Shown here piece after piece: positions 12,001 to 24,000 of a DNA stretch of 32,071 nucleotides. The stretch spans positions 1 through 32,071 of the forward strand of contig BLSG01000037.1 of the NCBI GenBank assembly GCA_012862495.1, given 5' to 3'. A model generated the notes under the pieces. It was not told the DNA's origin. It ran no database searches and saw nothing but the letters and a program-made list of their open reading frames with translations. The DNA is from Thraustochytrium aureum. Lineage: Eukaryota. Position numbers and translations under genes: made by a program. Each line of letters opens with the position of its first letter. Position 1 is the stretch's first letter.

Positions 12001-15000
12001 CGCTCCACGGGCGTCTGCGCCGCGCGCTTGGCGCGCTCTTCGTCGTTCAGCTCCTTGCCCTCCAGCTGCAGCTGGTCCCGCAGCGCATACGCTGCTGCCG
12101 CGCTCACCTCGAGCCGCCGAAAGTCCATGTGCTCCTTCAGCAGGGCGTCCTTGCTGCCCGGATTGAAAACGCCGTCCAAGCCGACCTTGTGTCCTGCGCG
12201 CTTCAGTCGCGCTTGCAACGCGCTCTGCAGCGCGCGGACGCGCCCGGCTGACTTTTGCACCGCGTTGCGGACCTCGGCACGCCGCTTCCACTCCTGAAAG
12301 GCCTTGATCTCCTTTCGCCGCTCCCGGTCGTCAGCGTACCTATTCAGGTATGGCCGCTTCTTGACCTGTACGGCGTACGAGGCGAAGAGGACCCCGAACG
12401 CCAACGTGCTCTGCTTAAACTTGTCGTCCAGAAACATCGTGATCATCACGAGGACGACCTTGCGAATCATGAGCACGAGCCGCCAGTAGTAGCACTCGCC
12501 GGTAAAGTCCTCGTACAGCTTGCCGTACTTGGCGCGCGTGCGCCCGATGTTCGTCAGCGTCTTGTGCCGCCGGAGGATCGCGCGCGGGTCCACCATTCGC
12601 CGCACATAGTACCCGCGGAACGCACTCTGGACGCGCTTGGCCGCGTCTGTGTCGGTCAGGCTGAGCGCCTGCTCGCGCCGGTGCTGGTCCTGCTTGATAA
12701 AGTCCCGATGCTTGACCAGCAAATAGCAGATCACCGACGGGATGCCAAGCCCGTACATGAAGACGCCAAACACCGCCATCGACTTGATCCGCGGGTAGAA
12801 CTCGCCCTCGTCAGTGCACGGCTCGGACGGCTCGGCTCGCAGGAGCGGCACGGGGCCCTCCGTGCACCGGAACGCCTCAAAGCACTTCTTCATCACAGAC
12901 AGGTACAGGTAGTAGCACATGATCAAAAACGCTCCAAACTCGGCGTCGATGAACCGGTTGAACGACGCGTCATAGGACTCGATGTCGCTGTCATCCACCA
13001 AAAGGATCTTCTCCTCGGGGTCCGTGAACACGTCCCACGCGCTCTCGCCACGGGTCATCTTGCGCTTGAGCTTGCTGTCCTGCTCCTCGGCGGCCGCGGC
13101 CGGGGCCACCGCATTGTGCTTGTGCGCCTGCTCCTTGACCTTGTTGACCATCGCCTTGACGACACGCCGCACAAAGGTGACCACGAACGAAGTCGTGAAC
13201 AGCATACCGAACACGATCGGCATAAAGTACATGATGTACCACTTGGTCTCGTAGTCCCACCCCACCGAGCACTCTGGGCTCGCCAGCTCGAGGTTGAGGT
13301 TGAACGCGGAGAGGACGCTGTAGGCGCTTGCAACTACTCGGGGCCACGCAAAGTCGTACGAGGCAAACAAGGAGACGACTTGGCAAAAGTCGATGCAGAT
13401 CGACACCGCAGCCAATTGGACGCCATACTTTGTCAAAAAGTAGGCCACGCTGCACAGCATTCCGGCGACCACAAAGCAGGCCACCAAGATCAGCCACGCA
13501 AGGTCAGGGCACGGGATGCACTCCCCTTCGAGCCGGTAGTAGTTGTCCGCGCAGACGCCGCACAATTGCAGTCTTGCGTTCTTGTGCTCGTACCCATCCG
13601 CGCATNNNNNNNNNNNNNNNNNNNNNNNNNNNNNNNNNNNNNNNNNNNNNNNNNNNNNNNNNNNNNNNNNNNNNNNNNNNNNNNNNNNNNNNNNNNNNNN
13701 NNNNNNNNNNNNNNNNNNNNNNATCAAACGGTTCGCACTCCTGGACTCGGACCGGCTCAGCGAGCCATAGCCCGGCTTGCTGTGCGGGTCGTGGTGCCAC
13801 CCGTTCACGAACCCGAGGCAGTCCGCGCCGCTCGGACACGCCTTGCAGTTCTCCCCCACTTGGCCGTACCAACCCGCTTGGCAAGCGGCTAAAAGGCTGT
13901 TCTGGTCTGCTTCCGGCAGTGTCGTGTTTTGCTCTGCCACGAACAGCTCCACCGTGTGACGGCCCACGACCAACTCGGGGTAGCGGCACGTAATCTCGCG
14001 GTGGTTGCTCCGCGTGGCGTTGCACTCGAGCCCAGACACCAGCACGCGGAGGCCCGGGGCGCCAGGATCCACGAGCTCGTCGCCATAGTTGTCCCCGTTC
14101 AGCGTCAGGAGCATGCCCCCCACGGCGTTTGCCGGGAAAGGGCTCAACGAAGAGATCACCGGCCTGTCAAAACTAAAGAGCACCGTCTCGGACGAGGTTT
14201 GGTTCTTGACAGTCACTTTGACGGCGAGCCCGACGCCGATCCCCGCTGGCGAGCCGCACTCGATCTTTTCTGGGGTCGTTACCTTGACGTTGTCGCACGA
14301 ATAGTTGCCGATTGACACCTCGGGGGCCTCGCCCTCGACACCAAGAAAGCCAAAGTTGCTTCCGTTGAGGGTCAAGCCCACCCCACCGCGCGTTGTGCCC
14401 GTTTTCGGCGCGATGCCAGCAAGAAAAGGAGGGTCGTAGCTGAACCAGGTTGCATTGCTAGAACGCCCGCCTGAGATCACCACAACGGCCAGGTCCTTGC
14501 CCGTCCCTGCAGGCACGATGCAATTGATCCGGGAGTGCGACCAGAAAGTGCCAGAGCACAACTTTCCGTCAATCTCGACTGTCCCGTTCAACCCAAAGTT
14601 GTCGCCGGTCAGCTCGAGCGGAAAGCCCCCGATGGTTGGCCCACTCTCGCGGCTGAGGGCTGCAATGGAGGGCATGAAGTAGTCGAACATCAGGTGGTTC
14701 GTGGCGGTCTGGCTGGCCACCACCATCGTGACTGGAACCAGGCCTTGGCCCTCGGGCAACGTGCACGTTGCCTCAGAGTGGTCAAAGCTCTGAAGCTCGC
14801 ACACGTGCGTGTCGTCAAAGGTGACACGCGGCCCTGACACCCCAAAGTTGGATCCGCGCAGCGTCACCGAGATGTTTGCGCTTGTGGGCCCGCTCCCCGG
14901 CTCGATCGAGTGCAGGAGTGGCAGGTCGTAGAAGAACCGCTTCGCGGGCTGCTGCGAGACCATCCAGGCGTGCCTGACATTGACTTCGACGATGCCCTCC

Positions 15001-18000
15001 CCAGGCGGCACCCGGCAGGTGATCTCGCTGGCCGCGTAGTTAATGATTTCGCACATGTACTTCCTCTTGGCCGGGTCCTGTTCGTTGCACGGGACCACAG
15101 CCGCGCTCGGCCCGACTTGGACGCAGCCCCTGATGGACGTCCCCAGGTTTTTACCAAACACGGTGATGGCGTACCCGCCTGCGGTGGAACACCCCTCCGT
15201 CGCGCCGTTCTCGTTGCACTGGTTGATGCTCGTCACCTCTGGAGAATTCAACAGCCCAGCGTACGAAAAATCGCAAGGGCAGCAACCGGCCTGGCCCGTA
15301 TCGCCGTCGACGCAGTCCTGCGACCCCACCTGAACCCGAAGCTCTCCCACGTGCTTGGTGATATTGCACAGAATCGAGTTGTGCTTCCACTCCGTGATGA
15401 GACATGCCTCGCCTCCGACATAGACACCGTCATTGTTGGGATCGTACAGGCCAAAGTTGCGACCCGTGATGAGGATTTCTTGTGGGTCCTGCTCATTTAG
15501 CAGTTGGGGTGGGTTCACGGCGATGATGTCGTCCACCACCGGTCGCAAGAACGAGTACGTTGACTGCGTTTCCTGGCCTCCGACGCTCAGCGATAGCGGG
15601 TTCTCGGCGTTCCGTTGCAGCTCCTCGGGAACAAGGACGCTGATTTTGCGGTGCGTATGTTGGAGCACTTGCAGGGTGACGCCAGAGAGTGCGACGGAAA
15701 GGTCTATGCCTGCTGCGCCGCCAAAGTTGGCCCCCTCAATTGCGAGCTCGAAAACTTGCGCGGTATGGCCTTTCAGCGGTCCAAACGCCTCGATTGTTGG
15801 GGGCTTGTAGGACAGCACAATGGCGTCGCTGAGCGGCGACCTTTGGTTCGCAATGTGGGCCGCAAAGCGCAGGTTGGCGCCAACGCCAGGGGATGTAAGG
15901 CAAGTCGCGCTTGACGTGCCGCGCTCCCATGTCGTTGCGTCTGCCGCTGGCAAACAGCCGACCCCAGCGAGACTCGCGTTTGGCGAGCCAACGATCTCGG
16001 TCGGGACAAAGTCAGTGTATATGCCCCAAACATATCCGCCCGTCCACGTCGATTCGTTGCCAGGTATGTGCTGGTGCGGCTCTCGCGTGACGTTGACCTG
16101 CTCGGGCGAGTACGCGGAGAAGGGCCCCGCGAGGAGGAGCGCCTTGAGTTCGTCCGCCGAAGCGTTGTACGACAGTGTGATCAGCGAGCCACTCACTGAG
16201 AAGGAAAGGGAGCCGCCCGTCAAGGCCATTCCCGACTCGACCATCGTTGAAGCCACAACTGGACTCAGCGGTGGCGAGCTCCCATGCGCGGGTGAAACTA
16301 GCACTAGTTCCTCAGCGTTGCTCTCGGAGCTCAACGTGACCGAGCCGACAATTGGGTTGCCTGCGAAGGTGATGTCAAACGCCACGCCTCCAGCGCTCCC
16401 GGGCGGGGTTGACTTTGCTACGTGCACTGGTTCAATGATGCCTGGAATGGCGGTCAGCAGGTCGGCGACCTGCGACGCGGTGGCCGTCCAGCCCGCGAAT
16501 TCGCTGGTCTCGCCAAACGCAGTCGAGATGCGCAGCTTGCCGATCGTGTTGAACTCGCTGCCCTCCTGCACGACCTCGGCGTACTCTGTGAAAACAAGCC
16601 CGTCCACGAGGAGCCCTGACGGGTCCACCCTGAGCGTCTCGTTGACGAGGTTGCCCTCAATGTCGATTCCAGAAAACGTTACTTGCCACGTCACGCCCTC
16701 ACCCTCCGCTTCATAGGTGCGCGCTTCGCTCACTTGGACACCGGCCACGCCAACATTTGGCAAAGCCTCCAATGCTGCAGCGAGCGCGCCAGGCATGCTT
16801 GGAGCCACAGGTGCGGTGGTGTACACATTGCGGTCGGTGCACAGCCGGCACTTGAGCGTGTTCACTGTAACCGCCATCGTGCCCCCCAAGCTGCTCACGG
16901 TGGCAAGCGGGACATTCCCTGCCGTGCACGCTGCTCCACCATTGCAGGTGGGTGATAGAGAAGAGGCACCACACTCCGAGTGGGGCTCCACGGAAACTGC
17001 GCTTGGCGAGGTTGGGCTTGAGAAGACGATCTCGTGGTTCACGTGAGAAGTGGGCGCCACCTCAGCGGAGAGCGCCGTCACGCTCACCTGAACCATATCG
17101 CCATTCTCGTCCTCGAGGAGTCCCAACGCGGCTTCCCACCTTGAAGCTGGTGCGTCCCAGGCCATGCACCTTGTCACCTGCCCCAACGACGCTGGTCCGT
17201 ACCGCAGCTTGAATCCAAACGCCTGACCAACCTCTGCGGACGCTGTGTTGACCGATGGCTGGTTCCCCGTGAGACCAACGTTGCGAACAGAGATCAGCGG
17301 CACAGGGCCGGGAACAGCAGCCCCGGAGAACGTGATCGCGTACTCAATCGAGACTTGCGCTTCGTCCACTGCCGTCTGCCGCGAAACGACCACTCCACCT
17401 GGGCCAATATTCGCCAGGCCTTCAAGCGCGCCTTGAACCGCCGACGCCGACGTAATGTCAACAGTGCCCGTGTACGCAGCGCGCAGCTCGGCGCACAGCG
17501 CGCACGATGTGGTGTCAAGCCCGAGCTCTAGCGTACCTGCAAGGCTTGGAGTGGGGTCAACGGCCAATGAAACGCTTGCAGAGCAGTCGGAACCCAACTC
17601 GCTGGATGGACCACAGTGCAGCGCTTCACACTGGCCCTGGGCAAGCTGGATCAGCTTTGGGGCGGCCGGATCTGTGAACAACACCGTGAAAGTTGTGCTC
17701 GCGTTGGTCGCGGTCCGGGTCACAGAGACATCGGATATGCCCGCGAGAGACTCGAGAACAGCTTCGACCTGGTCTGCCGACTCGTCAAAAGAGATGCAGG
17801 AAGAGCTGTTGCTGCCATCATAGATGAGTTGAAAGCCCCCGTTGTTTCCCTCGATCTGCGTGCTCACAGCCTCGGTCTCGATTCCTGTCACCGAGCTGGC
17901 GGCAATCTCCAGCGCGGGCACCTTGCCGTAGGCCGCCGCAAACGTCACGAGCCAGGCGCGCCGTGTCGAGGTGCTTGCGTCCGTGACGACTATTTCGTCG

Positions 18001-21000
18001 CTGAATGCAGCTAGCTGCGGCAAGACCCGCAAGGCGTCCTGGACTTGGGCTGCCGTTGCCGCGACTTGCAGTTCACTCGTTTCTGCAATCTCTGCAGTGT
18101 CGAGCCAGTTTTGCTGCGCTGTGGAATCCAGGCGCAACTTGAAGCCACCGGTAATTGCACTGGCGTTCGCCCCGTCAAACGCGACGAGCTGGACGTCAGA
18201 TCTGCGCGCAAATACCGTGCCTGGCGCAGCTGCAATCGACACGACCTGAGTGTGCATCGTGTCCGAGATCGTCAGCGTCTGGACGGCATCCGTCCTGTCG
18301 AGAGTCCTGTTTGGCGCAGCGGCGACGAAGAGCGATTGTGCTGCGCGCGTCGAAGCAAACAGCCTGATGCGCTGGACTTCATCCACGTCCGTTCCGGTAA
18401 CCGACAGGGTGTGGGTTTCCTTGGTCAGGTTCTCGGCGCCTTTCCAGCAAGACGACGAGACCGTGAAAGGAGGGTCGATCACGCAGCTTGTTGCTTTGTA
18501 TTCAAGACCCGTCGTAGACCCGTAGGTGAACGAGTGCAGCGGGACCGGTGAGTGGACAAACCCTGGGCCAAAGTCCTTGCCGTGGATGCGGAAAACCTGG
18601 CCGCCTTCCGTCGACGCACCCTCGAAGATGGGGGCACCCTCCAAGCTCGTGATAACCGGAAGCTGGTACGCTGTGGTTGGCACCTCAGAGGCTTGGCCGT
18701 CGACGTAGACCGTCCACCTAAGACCGGCGCCGACACCAGCAGAGAGGACGCAGTCCATGCGAGTGTGCAGATACTCTTGGCTTAAAAGGCATGAGGTCGT
18801 GTTGTACTCCACCCCGGTCGGCCCGTACGTTGCGGATACAAGAGCGCTGTCGTCACCAAAGTCATTCCCGACGAGCGTGACTACCTCCCCGCCCTCCGTG
18901 TCTGCATTGTTCACCTTGAGTCCCTCAAAGTACATGAGAGTGGGCGACGAATAGCTTGTGCCTTTGCCGCTCGCTCCGAAGGAAATGAGAGACACCTGAT
19001 CGGAAACCCTGACGCGCCACCCGTGCGAGCGGCCCGTGCCGCTCGAGGTCAAGCACTCGATCGTGGTGTCTGTCACCACAACGGCGCACCTGACGGCCGT
19101 GTACTTGTCCCCATTTGGGCCCCCGTACGTTGCCGTCACGACGTTGGGCACTTGGCTTGTTGCGATGGGACCAAAGTTGCTGCCTTCGAGATAAACGGCA
19201 TCGCCGCCCTTGGTACGCCCGTTTTGAGACCCCGGCCCCGTTATGCCCGTGATCACGGGGCCCTGGTACGCCACGGTGTCGGTGCTCGCCTGCGAGGCTA
19301 TCGAGTCGATACTGACGACGACACGGAGCGCGACGCCCGCGCCTGGGACGTACTGGCACCTGATTTCGGAGTGCGCGATAGTGACCGCGCAGTTAAGGGC
19401 TGTATACTTTTTGACAGACTCTGCCGGGCCGTACGACACCGAAACGACCTGCGGACCACCAATGGGCCCAAAATTGCTCCCCTTGATGACCAAAAGATGG
19501 TTTGTGCCGCCGCCCTTGGTATTAAGCATGGTGCCAGAGCTTAGCGAAACTTGGGGCACGGACCCCGTCGCCGACACAAAAGTCGGGGCCGCGTGCGAGA
19601 GCGATCCTGACGTAAACCAGGTCGGATTTGTCTGGCCCTGGATGGAGACTTGAAACTCAAGCTGCGGCCCAGTCCCGATCGCGCTGTCGCAGGTGATCAC
19701 TTCTGGCCCAGGGCTACCCCCAGGAGCAGGGGCGACCTTGCAGCGTTGGCCAAAGTACTCGCGGGTGGGAGCTAGGCGGGAGCGGTATGTCACGCCGATG
19801 ATCCGGGGCACGAACGAGCACGTGATGACAAACTCTGCCAGCTCCCCCGCAAAGCTAGAAATGTCGTTGAAGTCGGCTTGGATCCTGTCCTTGAGCGGGT
19901 CGTAAATAGCGACTCCATCGAAAAGGCTCAGGGCGACGTTGCTGCCGATGGGAACGTAAATAAATCGGTCGATAGCCCCAGAGGAGACCATGCTGTCCAC
20001 TGCCTCAATAATCCCGCTGGATTGGCTTGGCATGCCGTCGGTAAAGATGACCACAATTCGGTGCCGGTTTATCCCGTCCAAGGCGTTGTTGGGGCTGACA
20101 AAGTAGTAGTCGCGAAGGTGCTCGATCACGTCGCGGGTCATGGTGCCGCCGCTGTTTTTGGTGATCCCGCTGACAAATGCATCGAACGCGGAAGTAGAGC
20201 TCACCTGGTTGAGGTCGAGTCTCGAGTGCGCGCTTGGGGAGCTGAAGAAGGTGCCAGACGCGAACTCGACGATTCCGTGCCGGTTCTCACTTGGTAGTGC
20301 GCCGATGCCGATCTCTTTAATCGTGTCTTTGAGCATCTGGAGAATGTTTGCATAGTTTTGAGAGCTGATGCTGCCGGACTCGTCGAGCACCCACACGATG
20401 TCGAGTGGTACAGGAGATGTGGTGCAGTTCAGTGTGCTGTCCACGGCGGGCAGCTCGGCCCCAAAGTCGCTCCCAAAAATCTGGAAATGCTGTCCTCCCT
20501 TGGTTGGAAGGGCGTCTGCAGATTGCACAGCCTGAATGGCTGGGGCACGAAACCTGTTTGCGAGCGACGGGTTCAGAAAGTCGAGCGTGGAGTTGAACGA
20601 GGTCGCGTTCGGGTTTGAAACTTGAACCTGGAAGAAAAAGTCCTTTCCGACGCCTGCAGGCGAGCTCGAGCAGGAGATCTGAACGTCCGAGTCCACGACG
20701 CACCCTTCCGCTTCGTATGTGGTTAGCTCTGTCTTCTTGATCATGAAAACACGAGCGGTGGGAGGCAGAGCCCCCTCTGTGGCGATTTTGTGAGCGGTTG
20801 GGCCGAAGTTGGAGCCCCGCAACACGACGGTGTCGCCACCTGTCGTGCTCCACGGTGTGGATGCGGTAGTGGCGACAACGACCCCGATGTCGTTCTTGTC
20901 GACGATATTTATGCGCAGCGCCACAGTGTCCTGGAGCGAGGATTGCTCGCCATCGCCTTGGTCAGTTACGGTGACTTGGTAGGTGTACGAAGAGCGATTC

Positions 21001-24000
21001 TCAAAGTCCAAGGCGCCAACTACGAAGAGGTTGCCGGCCGAGTCGAGCTGGAAGCGGCTGTCCACGACGGTTCGGCCCCCGTCGAGCGCCTCGCCGTCGT
21101 CAAAGCTAAAGAGGGTCACGGTGAAGCTCAGTTTGAGCCCGGACTGCTTGTCTGGGTCGGTCGCAGTGAGCTCTGCCAGCTTGACGATGCTTCCTTGGTA
21201 AATGTCCTCGTCAATGGAGAGCTCTGCCGGCGCGTCGCAAAGTACCTTGGGGTTCGTAGCGCAGACTACAGAGGCGAACGCGGGCGCTTCGTTGATGTTG
21301 CGCACGCGAACAGTGACTTGCGCGGTGTCGGTTTGGTTTGCCGTGTCAGTAACTCTGATCGTGAACGAGCACGTGTGTATCCCGGTCTGGATTGCGCACG
21401 TGGGTCCCGGGTTCTCAAAGTCGATCGAGCCGTTGTGAAAGATCTGCCCCGTTGCGCTATCCACTCCAAAAGCCGAGGCAGCTGCGCCCTCGCCCAGCAG
21501 GTCGTAGACCAGGTTGCCGGCGTCTGCGGCATCTGGGTCGGTAGCTGCGGTTGGCCCAGACGCGTCGACCGGGCCAGCGCTGGCCATCTCGTCGACGATG
21601 TACGAGTACGTGTCTTTGGCGAAAGTGGGGGGCTCGTTCACGTCCGCGACGGTTATCGTGACGGTTCCCACAGCGGTCTGCGAGTTGCCGAGCTCGCCTC
21701 CGTTGTCGCGGACTCGAATTCTCAGGTAGATCTTGCCAGCGCTCGTCATCGTTTCAAAGTCGATGGGTTGCGTTAAGGAAACCGCGCCCGACGTCGTGTT
21801 TAGGAAGAACGCCGCTGCGGCGGTCGAAGGCGAGACCTCTGCCATCTCGTAGACCAGAGCTGTGCCGTCCGGATCAAAGCCGACCATGTCCGAGACGATT
21901 TCGAGGAAGCTGTCCTCGTTCTCCGTCAGGTCGACTTGGTGGTTCTGAATGGTTGGCGGGAAGTTGAACGCAACCACGAAGATGAAGATGTCGGCCGGGA
22001 TGCTTGTTAGCGGGTTGGCAGCGTCATGGTCAGTAACAGAGATGACCAGGTGAAAGACACTGTCGTCGGACTTGATTTTGGTGGTCACCGTGTCGACGTA
22101 AAGCACCCCGTTCGTAAGGTTGAAGGTTCCGTCTTCGTTCCCAGACTCGATTGTGTAGGTTAGGTCGGCCTGGCGTCGGTCGCTTTGCACGTCCTCGTCA
22201 AAGGCCAGCTCGAAGATCTCGAGGACGGCTTGGCCAGGAAAGCAGTTGGCATTTTCTGGGCAGACCCCGGCGTTGTCGGTTGTGTACTTGGTCACGCTTG
22301 CATTGCGGGATGATAGCTTAGGGCGGTCGTTCGTGTCAACGATCTCCACACTGACTGTGGCCTCCGCGCTGAGACCGGTGCCGTCCGTTGCTCTGAGACG
22401 AAGCTGGACGAGCTTTTCGGTGGTGGTGAACTTGGTGGACTCAAAGTTGGGAAGCTCAACTGCCGTGGCATTTTGCACAAGAGTGAGCCCGCTGACTGTG
22501 AAATAGTCGACCACCCTGCCCGTGCTCGCGATCGTTTGGCTCAGAATCTCCAGTACGGCGTAGTCGCCCGCGTCCTCGTCGAGGACGTCGACCGGCGCAA
22601 TCCAGGACGCGTTGCGCTCCGGCGCCTCGTAGTGCAGAAAGCGCTGGTTTGGCGTTTTGAAGGTGGGCGGCTCTGGGCGATCGGTGACGACGATGAGGAT
22701 CTGGCCAGTGCCCGTCAGGCTTGGGACGCCAGTGTCGGACACGGTGACTTGAATCGTGTAGTTGCGGCTCTCTTCGTAATTGAGAGTTCCACGTACCGAG
22801 ACGTTGCCCGAGACGGTGGCAACTGCGAAGCTCTCGAAGTCGAACACCTCGTCGAGCTTAAAGAGCCCCTTTTGGCCATGGTCGACATCTTGGAAGGCCA
22901 ACGGGGGCGACAGAAGCGTACCGAACGCGACGTTCTCCGGGACGAACAGGATAGACGTTGTCAGAACCGGCGGCTCGTTCACGTCGCGAACGCTGACCGT
23001 GATTGTGCGGTTCGAGGCGAGCCCCCCCTCGTCGGTGGCCTGCACGACGACAGAGAATCTGTTTGCGGCCTCAAAGTCAAGCTGCGCGGGCGGCTTGAGG
23101 CGCAGGGTGACCGGGCTGGATTCGGGGGCAGCTGTACTATCTGCCGCGTCCATCATAAACGTATCGGGGGCCGGGTTGCCTGCGGCGTCAAACGCCTCGA
23201 GGACAACATAGGTGAGCCGGTCGCCCTGGTCCTCGTCGCTGGCGTATATTTTGCCGTTCGCGGCGGGGTCGTTCTCCGCGAAGACCAGGGCAAAGGCTTC
23301 CCCTGCCGGCCACGTAGGTGCGTCGTTTACGTCGGTGATGGCTATGTCGACGTCGCGCGAAGCGACGCCGCCGCGACCGTCGTTGACGCGCACCGTGATA
23401 GTGTAGGAGGCGTCGGCCTCGAAGTTGAGGTTCGCGAGCGCACTCACAGCGAGAGCCCCTGATGGGGCCGCGTCCGAGGCGGGGCCATACGGGCACAGTT
23501 CCAGATTTGTGGCGCGATCGCAGCTGATGGCGACGAAGGCGTCGTTGTCGTTGCGCGTCACGGTGAAGATCATGATGTCCTTTTCAGAGTCGCCCAAGTT
23601 GTCCAGGTCGAGATCGTCCACGACAAGACCCATGACGGAGGGGTCGATTTCCGCGCAGGGCACTTCCGTGGCGTTGCCTGGGCGCACACACAGTGGCTCG
23701 AGAAGGGTGTCCCGCGGCGAGTTTTCGGGGACGCGGAAGGAGGAGACCTGAAACGGGTCCGTACGGAAGAACGGGCTGTCGTTCACGTCGAGGATCTCGA
23801 TGGTGATGTTGGCGGTGACGGAGCACTGCGGAGTCGCTGCTGCGCCGAAAAACTTTGGGTCGTCGCAGACGCGAACCTGAAGGTAGTACATGTTCTTCTG
23901 AATGAAGTCGAGCCCCAACTGCTGCACATAGAGCTGGCCAGAGCAAGAGCCGATGTAGAACATGTTGAGCGGGCCGTCTTCGGTGTCGAGGATCTCGAAA

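Noticed and set aside
9036..13892. Long + strand ORFs (361, 445, 546, 545 aa) antisense to the cadherin tail and TM region
   Set aside because: Shadow ORFs caused by high GC and sense-strand codon bias. The Leu-rich or Ser/Ala-rich translations mirror Glu/Lys/Gln codons and show no domain motifs.
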